A stretch of DNA of 63,849 bases, filler included, from Craspedostauros australis (lineage: Eukaryota), in NCBI GenBank assembly GCA_030167865.1. It is 8 parts of 8 records of this genome, joined end to end, with 100 filler letters (N's around TTAATTAATTAA, not from the genome) between each part and the next. Parts side by side here need not be neighbours in the genome. Positions count along the whole stretch, not along the records: positions 1 to 21,527 come from JALAGF010002540.1; positions 21,628 to 25,373 come from JALAGF010002543.1; 6 more parts are not named here. One strand, 5' to 3'. Position numbers and translations under genes: made by a program. Shown piece by piece: positions 12,704 through 22,225 of the stretch. The notes below the pieces were generated by a model, which saw only the letters and a list, made by a program, of their open reading frames with translations, was not told the origin of the DNA and ran no database searches. Within the stretch, counting starts at the first letter, position 1; each line of letters starts with the position of its first letter.

Positions 12704-12848
12704 GACGAGAACGGTGCTCCTTCGTCTTCTTCTGATTCCACAAGAGCATTGCACATCTCTCACAAACGTATAGTAGAACAGAACAAGTTTCGACGTTGCC
12801 TACGCACAGAACAAGAACAACAAGAACAGCAACAGCAACAGCCTCACC

Positions 12849-15414
12849 ATGTCCCTTCTCGAACCACCAACGGAGATGCTCCAGCTCCTCCGCGATGCCT
12901 TGCCAGAAGACATCCCAGCGTCGGGTGCCACGGATTCGGCAGCCAATGACGACGTCTTTGCCTACGTCGCCTTCCTCGCGGCCGGATTGTGCGATGCGCA
13001 GGAGTTCACGCCCATCACGTGGACGGAAGCATTGCATCCGTACCTGGAGTCCATCCTCGCGAAGGAAGACACGGACACGATCGAGAAGTTCCGTGCGGCT
13101 GCTGAGAAGACCATCATGGGTGACGAAGATGCAGATTCCTACGGAGATCACGATGATGAAGGATTCGAGGAGATCTGCAACCTTCGTTTCAAGTGAGTGA
13201 AACAAGCAGATGGATGAGCACTAATATGCCTCCACTCTGCACCACATGATACTGGTCTTTCTCGAAGCCTCATGGTGACGAGTATGTGCGGTATCAACAC
13301 GAGTGGAATACCATCGAGTACCGAAGAGTACACTTGTTCGCGTTCTCGTGCGAGTGTGGTACAGCGACGTTATTGAAGAAGATTCGGGCCACAATTTGCT
13401 CAGGTGCGAGCATCACCATGAACACTGAACTGCATGATCGACCACTCACATTCGTAATCACACCCGTGTTCACATTCACCCCTGATGCTCTGGCAACACA
13501 ACACCACAACCACCTCTGCCGCTCTCTCGCAGCCTGGCATACGGTGGAAAGATTTTGCTGCACCAAACCCGCCTGCGTCTGCTGCGTGGCCGTCGCTACG
13601 CTCTCATCGGTCAGAACGGAGTCGGCAAGACGACCCTCATGAATGCCATCCAAAGCGGCAAGCTCGAGGGGTGGCCGCAGCACCTCAAAACGGCATACGT
13701 GGACTCCGGATCGAATGTGGATCCAAACTACGAGGCGCAGAACGTGCTCAAGCATCTCATGGACGACACGCACCGCAGCAAGGAGGACTGCATCGACAAG
13801 CTCAAGGAACTCGAATTCACCGACAGCATGCAGGTTGGCACCATCGGCGAACTCTCCGGTGGTTGGCAGATGAAGCTGCGTCTCATCCGCGCCATCCTGC
13901 TCAAGCCAGACATCTACCTGCTCGATGAGCCCACCAATCACTTGGCGGAGGGCGCCGTCAACTGGCTCACCAGCTACATCAACACCTTGACCCAGCAGAC
14001 CGTCCTTTGCGTCAGTCACGACACCACGTTCATCGAGAACATCTGCACGGACGTCATCCATTACGAGCAGCGTGCCGTCTGGGGACCGCATCGCAAGCTC
14101 GTGCACTACAAGGGCCGCATGAGCGAGTTCGTCAAGAAGCAGCCGCAGGCCAAGCATTACTTCGAGCTCTCCACCAGCGAGGATTCCCTCAAGTTCGTCT
14201 TCCCAAATCCGGGCCGCCTCGACGGTATCAAGACGACCACGCAGAAGTTCCTGGAAATGGAGAATGTGGACTTCCGCTATCCTGGCCAGAACACGAATCA
14301 GCTTAACAATGTCAACTTGAAGATGTCCCTGGCATCCCGCGTTGTCGTTCTGGGACCCAACGGTGCCGGTAAGACCACGCTGCTCAAGATGGTCGTCGGC
14401 GAGACGGTGCCATCCAACTTGGGCAATTGCAAGCACTACGTGCACCCCAACCTGCGTATCGCGTACGTCGCGCAGCACGCATTCTATCACGTGGAGCAGC
14501 ACATGAACCAGAGTCCCGTGGCCTACATCCAGTGGCGTTTCAAGGATGCCTACGATAAGGAGAAGATCGATTCCACGGCCTACAAAATCTCCGACGAAGA
14601 GCAAAAGGCGATCGAGGCATTCGGCCTGGAGGGCATCTGGAGCCGTCGCATGCGCGGCGGCAAGCTCGAGTACGAAGTCAAGAAGTTCCATGTCCGCGAG
14701 AAGGACAACAAGTACTACAGCCGTGACGAGCTCCTCGGCATGGGCTTCGAGCGTCTGATCAAGCAGACGGATGAGAAGATCGCCGCCAAGGAAGCCGGGT
14801 TGGATCTGCGACCAGTTACCACCTCGGAGATTCAGAAGCATCTCAACGATTTCGGTCTGCCGCAGGAATTCGGTACGTACGGAAAGATCCGCGGTCTTTC
14901 GGGAGGACAGAAGGTGAAGCTCGTGCTCGCCGCCGCTTTCTGGACTGTTCCGCACCTTATCGTCCTGGACGAGCCGACCAACTTTTTGGATCGCGAGGCT
15001 CTCGGTGCGCTTTCGGCAGGATTGAACGAATGGGGCGGTGCCGTCCTCATGATTTCGCACAGCAAGGAATTCTACTCTTCCGTGTGCCGCGAGGAATGGC
15101 ACGTGGCTGGTGGCGTCGTGAACGTCAGCGGAACCTCCGCAGAACGCGAACTGAAGGTCGCTTCCAAGAAGAAGAAGTACGACAAGGAACCGGACGCCGT
15201 TGAAGTGCTGGACAAGTCCGGTGGTAACACCAACGCCAAGATCGACTACAAGGATGCTACCATCAACTTCTGGGGCAAGAACGTGAGCAAGAAGGAGGCT
15301 CGTCAGTTCGACAAGGCCAAGAAGAAGGGCGACATCGCCGTGATGAGGAAGGTCCTCCAGATCCCCATCGGCAAGGTCATGCCTGGACACGAGGATCTCG
15401 GTAATGGCAAGTAA
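12849..15414 (+). CDS. eEF3-like ABC-F ATPase with chromodomain-like insert; 2 exons (12849-13192, 13533-15414)
   Basis: EICNLRFN|LAYGGKILL matches the eEF3 ABC1 start. Walker A GQNGVGKT and GPNGAGKT, signatures LSGGWQMK and LSGGQKVK, DEPTN twice, IAYVAQHAFYH, YIQWRF and SRRMRGGKLEYEVK. No TM segments. Intron 13193-13532. Confidence 0.9.
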
Positions 15415-15751
15415 GACAACGCCCCATCATCAACTCTTGGAATTCTATTCTACGAGCAACATGTCATGTCATACCACACCATACTAAATTAAATTGCCCT
15501 GCAATGAACCATACGAGTACAACGTCCGCGCATTGGTAGTCTCCTTACCGAGAAGAAGCACAACTGATTGACGGAGGTGACTCCTTGAGAACGCCAGTAT
15601 CAAATGATGTACGGTAGCACAAGTCAACAATTTCACCTGCTGTCATGTGTTGAGCACAGAGCATTGTGCGATGTTTCACATGGTCTAAGGTCTAATACGG
15701 ACGGTATCCATACTGCGAATGCACTATACAATACGTAATAGAGAAGAGGGC

Positions 15752-18247
15752 TTATGTTTCAATTGTTGGATTGTCCATTGGGACGGAGGGTGCAGCGTAC
15801 TGCAACTGCTGTTGTTGCAACTGCTGCTGTGTTTGCGACTGCTGCTGTGTTTGCGACTGCTGCTGCTGCTGCTCCTGCCCTTGGAAGGACATTGGGGTGT
15901 AGGGAGTCTCCATGCCCGCCATGGAGTTCATCTCCGATCGAACGTCGGCGTGCCCGTCATCATCATCGCTGTCCAACGGGTCGCTGAGCAACCTGTGGGT
16001 GAGATTTCCGGCAACACGGTTGCTGCTGGGCGCGGAGGAACCGAACTCGACCACGAAGTAGGTGAGCGCACCGAAAACAAAGAGGGTGAAGACGATGGAC
16101 GAGGATGTCATGGCCTTGATCTCTGGCTTGAATTTGGAACCGTGCTTCGTGACGGTGTCGTAGACCGGGATGCTCTCCATGAGTGCAAAGGACACGGCAC
16201 CACGGACGCCGGCAAGGAGGAGGATGAGCTGCGTCTTCTTGTCCAGGTACATGCCCTCCATGATCTCGTCGTCATCGGAAATCACGGGATTGGTACGTCG
16301 GATGTTCTGGAGCAGCCGCCCCAGCCTTCCCTCCACGTCGAGGTAGACGAAGATGTTGACGAGGACGCCGAGTCCCAGCACCATGATGGCACGGCTGGAG
16401 ACGCATCCCAGAATGGCGGTCATGGAGAGGCGGAAGTGCCAGACGTTGTCATTGAAGAGGAAGAGGCCGAGGTAGGCAAAGATCGCAGTGTCCATGAGGG
16501 CGGCGATGACGTGCGCCACGAAGCCCACGTGATGGCGCGATCGCGAGAGGATGTGGCCGCGACCGCTGAATGCTTCGGCCATGGCCGTCCAGAACTGATT
16601 CCACCTGGTGTTGTCGAAGAGGGATCTCTGATACCGCAGCATGGGACCGCCGCCGCCGCCGTTGGCCGATGCTGCGTTGCGCTGGGCCATGTACTCCATC
16701 CAGGACGATTCCTCGGACTGGAAACCGCCGATGACGAAGTAATCCAGGAAGAAGCCCATGACCATGATTGCGATGATGCCGGAGCAACCAACGCCATCGG
16801 CGATGTAGTAGGGGATGAGGGACCACGTGAAGAAGATCATGACCTCCGTGACGGCGGTCTGGCGCCCTCGCAAGGCCCAGAAGTAGATGGTGCAGAAGAT
16901 GCCACAGAGGAGGCCGATGCCGATGGAACCGGAGAGGATGCCGGCGAAGTGCAGAGCGATCTGCTGATACGCCCCGTTGTCCAACTGGACGTCGCCGTCG
17001 CCCAGGTATGACTTGAGGGTGTCGAAGAGGACGATGGAGACACCGTCGTTGAGCAAGGACTCGCCGAAGATGAGGACGTAGAGCGTGTCCGTCTGGCTGA
17101 CCCCCACCTGCGAGAGGATGCCCAGCGTGGCGACGGGGTCGATGGAGCTGATGAGCGCACCGAAGACCAGACTGTCCATCATCGGGAGCGCGGCATCTTC
17201 CCCCATGAAGGACGATACGTAGTGGGAGACCAACCCGATGGCGATGGCGGAGAAGGCCGTTCCAACCGATGCGAAGGCGAGGATGGGGAAGAGGTCACGA
17301 CGGAAGGCACGCTTGTCGATGCTGAGAGCGGCCTGGAAGATGATGGGAGGGAGGAGGATCTGCAGGAAGAGCTCGTTGTCGAATGACAGCTTCCTCTCCA
17401 CCGCATCTGCACCAAACGCCAGCCGCAATATGCCGCCCACGATGGCACCGATGATGATGAAGGAGCAGGCATCCGGCAGCCAGTGCACGCCGCACCGCTT
17501 GTTCATGGCCTTTATGCTGGTGCACACGAGGATGACGAGCATGATGCCGAGCAGACGGATAGAGTGCAGGTTCTCCCCCTCCTGGCAGTTCCTCTTGTAG
17601 AATGTCTTGATGGATCCGCAGCATTGGAAGTTCTCGTCGTCGTCCGCGATGATTGTGTCATCATCCGTGGATGTCGTGTTTTCGACGAAGGGATGGCTAT
17701 CGCTAATGCTGTTGCTGTTGATGCCGTTGATGCTTTGAGTATTGTCGGAGACGAAGGGGAAATCATTGATGATGCGCGACGTGTTCTGACTCTCACAACC
17801 TGCATCCTTGTACGCATTGTACATGCCCTCACACTGATCGTTCGCGTCCGTGGTGCCATTGAGGAAGTTCCTGACATAGTTTTCGCATATGTCGCTGCGC
17901 GATGTGTCATCATCGAAGGGACTATCGGGCGAGTCGCCACCATCCCTCCAACCCAGGAGCTTTCGCGGACCATCCATCTGCTCGTGAGATGCGCTCAACG
18001 CAGACGAGCTTGCATAAGTTCTGCCCAAGCTTCCATCATAGATACTGCCGGTGTTGCTGGTGCTGTTATCGCTGTTATCGCTGGCCTGCCACACGAGCAA
18101 AACGCTGCAAAGCACCATGGCCATGAACGCTGTCGAAAGCAGCGAGACGGTGGCACTTGCACGAGACTTGGCTTCATGTCGGAGACCGAATCTTCGTCCA
18201 TCATTCAGACGCTCGTTGGCCTTGCTCATGAGCATGGAAAGCACCAT
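15752..18247 (-). CDS. Na+/H+ exchanger (CPA1, NHX/NHE8-like) with N-terminal Cys-containing luminal domain
   Basis: LLPPIIF, FGALISSIDPVATL, LIFGESLLNDGVSIVL, SGIIA and GVRGAVSFAL, with many TM helices. Confidence 0.93.
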   Translation of the reverse strand: MVLSMLMSKANERLNDGRRFGLRHEAKSRASATVSLLSTAFMAMVLCSVLLVWQASDNSDNSTSNTGSIYDGSLGRTYASSSALSASHEQMDGPRKLLGWRDGGDSPDSPFDDDTSRSDICENYVRNFLNGTTDANDQCEGMYNAYKDAGCESQNTSRIINDFPFVSDNTQSINGINSNSISDSHPFVENTTSTDDDTIIADDDENFQCCGSIKTFYKRNCQEGENLHSIRLLGIMLVILVCTSIKAMNKRCGVHWLPDACSFIIIGAIVGGILRLAFGADAVERKLSFDNELFLQILLPPIIFQAALSIDKRAFRRDLFPILAFASVGTAFSAIAIGLVSHYVSSFMGEDAALPMMDSLVFGALISSIDPVATLGILSQVGVSQTDTLYVLIFGESLLNDGVSIVLFDTLKSYLGDGDVQLDNGAYQQIALHFAGILSGSIGIGLLCGIFCTIYFWALRGRQTAVTEVMIFFTWSLIPYYIADGVGCSGIIAIMVMGFFLDYFVIGGFQSEESSWMEYMAQRNAASANGGGGGPMLRYQRSLFDNTRWNQFWTAMAEAFSGRGHILSRSRHHVGFVAHVIAALMDTAIFAYLGLFLFNDNVWHFRLSMTAILGCVSSRAIMVLGLGVLVNIFVYLDVEGRLGRLLQNIRRTNPVISDDDEIMEGMYLDKKTQLILLLAGVRGAVSFALMESIPVYDTVTKHGSKFKPEIKAMTSSSIVFTLFVFGALTYFVVEFGSSAPSSNRVAGNLTHRLLSDPLDSDDDDGHADVRSEMNSMAGMETPYTPMSFQGQEQQQQQSQTQQQSQTQQQLQQQQLQYAAPSVPMDNPTIET

Positions 18248-18413
18248 CTTCGCGCTCCAATTGTCTAGACTCGCTGCTCTGGTGTTTTGTGTTCCGCCGT
18301 GCTCGATTCTTCACAAGTGGCTCGCGCTTGGACACGCGATTGGAGCGAGTAGCCGTATCTGATAGATCCTATGGAACGAGTCCTGATGCTTGAGAGTATG
18401 ATCTTCTGTTGGT

Positions 18414-18481
18414 ATGGCAATGTTATGGCAATGTTATGGCAATGGCATGGCAATGGCATGGCAATGGTATGGCAATGTTAT
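18414..18481 (+). repeat. 11-bp minisatellite ATGGCAATG(TT/GC/GT) x6
   Basis: Six tandem copies in the divergent NHX-cyclin L intergenic region. Confidence 0.9.
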
Positions 18482-19226
18482 TTGACGCAGTCCACTATGA
18501 GAGAGGTCGATTCCCCCACACTCGTTCATGTCCTGCGCAGCACGACTACACGCATCTGCCCATCATCTTTCCACGCCTCTTTGTTGTTGCCCCTTGTTGT
18601 TGTTCGCACAAGAATCCTTCGCTCCGCTCCCAGCGAAGGACTGCGAATGGAACCGATTGTGTCGTGTTTTTAGTCCCACGGAGGCCATCGTTGCAATCGG
18701 TCTATTCGAAATGACCACTTGGACCGAATCTTTGCTATTCCTGTCTTTTCTCTCTGCACCACCCAAACAATTGGCGCCAAAACGCAGTCACTTCACGTCA
18801 CGCGAATTCACCACACAACGCCTCCTCTTCTTGTTGTTGTGTGGGTGTGGGTGTGGTCAATCGCAGCACCCCATTCTTGCTGATGGTCCTGTTGGTGGTC
18901 CTTTCTCTTGTCCGCATCAACGACCCCAACAGCAGCAGACACTTTCGTGGGCAGACCTCTGCTTCTCATCTCCCTTGAAGCTCGGTCATCGCCGTATGAT
19001 GATGCGCTTGAATCAACGACCAACGCAACGACCAACCTACCAATAGCCAACCGAGCTGCCACATCATCGAATGCATAGACGGCCACTTGCAGCATCTAAT
19101 CGATAAATATATCTATCGATGGATATATCCATGGATGGACGAACGCATTGATCGACTCATTGATCAACTCATTCACCAGACCCATCGCAACGCAACACAA
19201 CGCATCGCATCGCATGACTGTGAAGA

Positions 19227-20432
19227 ATGCCATCCACGAACGATGACGAGAACAAGAGCGAACGTGGCAAGGCACCACAATCCACGTTATCCGTGGTGGA
19301 TCGATCCATCCAAGTCATTCTGCCGTCACCCGATCAGACGCCGTCCCGACGACAGCAACCGGAGATCTCGGCGCGGCTGGAACGTCTGCATCGATTGCAC
19401 GGCACCTCGTTGATCCATGAAGCATGCCGATTCCTGCGGCTGGAGGGATCCACGTACGCCACGGCGTGCACCATCCTGCATCGATTCTACCACCGGGCAT
19501 CGCTGCGACAGTATGACTGCTGGAGCGTCGCGATGGCGAGCATGCTTCTGGCCGCCAAGCTGGAAGAGGAGGATGGATGCTCCTTGCATGCCATCATCGC
19601 CATCTTTGCTCACATCTATCGCAAGCGCGTCGTGCTGCTGGACGACCCTGATGAGCAACCGGGCAATCGCAGCACCACTGGCAGCACCACTGACAACCCG
19701 AGTGACAATCGGATGAAGAGCGTTCGTGACCATCCTCACATTCTGGCTTGCGAGCTTCCTGATACAGTACTCGTAGCCACACGGCAGCAGCGACAAGAGC
19801 TCCTGAAAGCACTGCCGCCGATCTCCAAGTTCGGCCCTGCATTCGACGAATGGAAGAAGTGCCTCACGAACATGGAGCACGTCGTGCTGCGGGAATTGGG
19901 ATTCACTCTGCACTGGATCTCCGATTCGCACCCGCACAAGTTCATCCCCTACTTCCTGCAGGCCCTCGGCATCGGCCATGGCAAGGTCTCGCAAGTATCC
20001 TGGAGCTACAGCAACGATTCCTGCCGGCTGGATCTGTGCGTGCGGTACCCGCCGGAAACGATCGCGTGCGCTGCCATCCACCTGGCGACGCTGCACTGCG
20101 ACCTGGCGTTGCCGCTGGAACCCAAGCCATGGTGGGAGCCGCTATGCGGTGCAGGCCACGATGCGGACATTGCCACCATCGCGAATGCCATCCTGGGGCT
20201 CGATATGACCTTCGTTCTTGGTGCTCATGGTGATGCTGACACTGGCACTGATCGTGGTGGTGGTAGCAGGGACCAGCGTGGCCAACAGCATGCGGCAGAC
20301 ATCGCGGCAGCGGAAGTTGGTTTCATCAGGCCGCTGGTCTCCGAAGGCTGCTTCAACGACGTGGAGAGCTTCGTTTGGTATCAGACGGAGGAATTGCTCA
20401 GAACCTGTGCTCCATCGTCGAGGCAGTCGTGA
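19227..20432 (+). CDS. Cyclin L-like transcriptional cyclin
   Basis: ATACTILHRFY, MLLAAKLEE, EHVVLRELGF, HPHKFI, WSYSNDS.RLDLCVRYPPETIACAAI and PWW. Confidence 0.88.
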   Translation: MPSTNDDENKSERGKAPQSTLSVVDRSIQVILPSPDQTPSRRQQPEISARLERLHRLHGTSLIHEACRFLRLEGSTYATACTILHRFYHRASLRQYDCWSVAMASMLLAAKLEEEDGCSLHAIIAIFAHIYRKRVVLLDDPDEQPGNRSTTGSTTDNPSDNRMKSVRDHPHILACELPDTVLVATRQQRQELLKALPPISKFGPAFDEWKKCLTNMEHVVLRELGFTLHWISDSHPHKFIPYFLQALGIGHGKVSQVSWSYSNDSCRLDLCVRYPPETIACAAIHLATLHCDLALPLEPKPWWEPLCGAGHDADIATIANAILGLDMTFVLGAHGDADTGTDRGGGSRDQRGQQHAADIAAAEVGFIRPLVSEGCFNDVESFVWYQTEELLRTCAPSSRQS

Positions 20433-21046
20433 CCGTGACTGCCACCACACGGCAACAGAGAAATGTTCGCTGTTCTGCAGAGTACTCGCACTTGGATTAT
20501 GCTAGAGGAGCTGGCTGACATCAGGGACGGCGCTACTCACTATACAATACGATGGCACTGAAAGACCCAGGCATGGAAAAGGGCAGAGCGGAATGGCCTG
20601 AATACTACGGCGCATACAAGCAGTATACGAGCTACATGGCGCAGCATTTCAATTGTGACTATTAGCACACAAACGGGAGCAGAAGCATCAAATGAGACGA
20701 CATAGAGCTCGTGATACCTGGACCCTGCCAACATGCCAGTTACGCAGATGCATCTTGCGACGGATGATTGTCTCCCCTGCTCTTATCTGCTCTGCGTATT
20801 CGTATGTCGAAGTGCAACATAAGTAACACAAAAAACGACACAGATGCAGCGATTGAATTGCCCACACAAGCAAGGATAAGTATAGCACCTCCAATCTATC
20901 CAACATCTGTTTCGGGGTCTGCGCTGTTGTGGCGTCTGCTAGCTTTCTACTCCCCCGATCCTACGCTCCGTGCTACCCTCGACTCTCTACTCTCGTCGCT
21001 TATCTACTTCTTCATCTCTCGTGAACCTACTCGCGCCACAATAGGG

Positions 21047-21113
21047 CCCCATTCAGGATAGAATCGTACGTTTTTGCGGATTTGACATCGTAACACGTGA
21101 TATTTTTAGAACA
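21047..21113 (+). repeat. Dispersed ~67-bp motif (copy A), probable DNA-transposon terminus
   Basis: CCCCATTCAGG...TGC.GATTTGACAT.GTAA.ACGTGA.ATTTTTAGAACA, shared with 27320-27385. Confidence 0.55.
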
Positions 21114-21527
21114 TGATTTTTCGTGTTGTCCATTAGGGTTAGATACATTTAGCTAGCTTCTACGACACAAATACCTGGCTGACTTGTCTTCGCCATAGAC
21201 AGAATTGATGACGTCTTTGACGGTCGATATCAGACGGCAATGGAATCCAATGTTGTGGATGGTGACGTTGTCGCNGATTCGGTGTTGCCTTGATTCCTTG
21301 CGTTGTTGGTGATTTGGTTCTGTTGTGTGCTTCCTCGTTTGTGTGTGTGTTGTGTCAAACAGCACAGCGTTGGTGGCAGCGTTCCTGCACGTCCATGTTC
21401 ACAGCAACAGCAACACTTGCGAATACCACACAACACAGTATTCTATAATGTAATGGATCACAGTGGCTTATCCTGTGGTATGCAAAATATTGTATGATAT
21501 TATACTATTTAATGTTAAGCTTAGTTT

Positions 21528-21627
21528 NNNNNNNNNNNNNNNNNNNNNNNNNNNNNNNNNNNNNNNNNNNNTTAATTAATTAANNNNNNNNNNNNNNNNN
21601 NNNNNNNNNNNNNNNNNNNNNNNNNNN
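21528..21627. other. Artificial contig-joining spacer N44-TTAATTAATTAA-N44
   Basis: 100 nt with stops in all six frames; the identical spacer occurs 7 times. Confidence 0.98.
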
Positions 21628-22174
21628 TACGTGACTCGACCCGTGACTCAAGACAAACGTGACTGATCTCAGTCGTAACAAGACAACAAGCCTGTCCTCC
21701 TCTAACAAGAAGAACCATGACAACGCAACAGATCAAACGACGACGTCATGGGAGAAACATCGATGACCAACAGGTCTGTGATCACCCCATCAAGAGAAAC
21801 GAAGCATGCGCCCTCTTGCGGACAAGAAAAGCCGCAGGTTTGGACCATCAGAAAGATTCAGAAGTGTCGCGGGTTTCAAGACGAAACCTGTGACAAGATG
21901 GATGCACGACTGTGGACTCCTGCCGCAAGAATGCAGGGCGAAACGAAATACACGATGAAGTGCATGATGAGATGCATGATGAAATGTACATGAAGTACAT
22001 GCTGCATGACATGATGAATACAGCAGTATCTCACGATACTACCATGGATTATGCATGCTATGGCAATGGAATTGAAAGAGATGGAGATGTTATGCTCACA
22101 GTTCTGAGAATGCAACAACAGGAATAGGTAATCAGATACAACTAATAAGGCTGGGTTACCCGGATTTCTCAACA
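21628..22174 (+). mobile_element. Putative LTR (3' part) of a second element abutting the Copia integrase
   Basis: Non-coding, with CGTGACT repeats. Ends ...TACCCGGATTTCTCAACA directly before integrase-like codons. Confidence 0.4.
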
Positions 22175-22225
22175 ATCGTCCTCTTCAACCACCTGGCGCA
22201 ATGAACTGCTGGCAACGTCACGCCA

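Noticed and set aside
13294..15390. 698-aa antisense ORF over the ABC-F gene
   Set aside because: Shadow ORF caused by strong C/G-ending codon bias on the sense strand; no recognisable motifs.
15719..17011. 430-aa ORF antisense to the NHX gene, and similar shadows over pol, the C2 gene, the cyclases and 59466-60284
   Set aside because: Same codon-bias artefact; the opposite strand carries clear family motifs.
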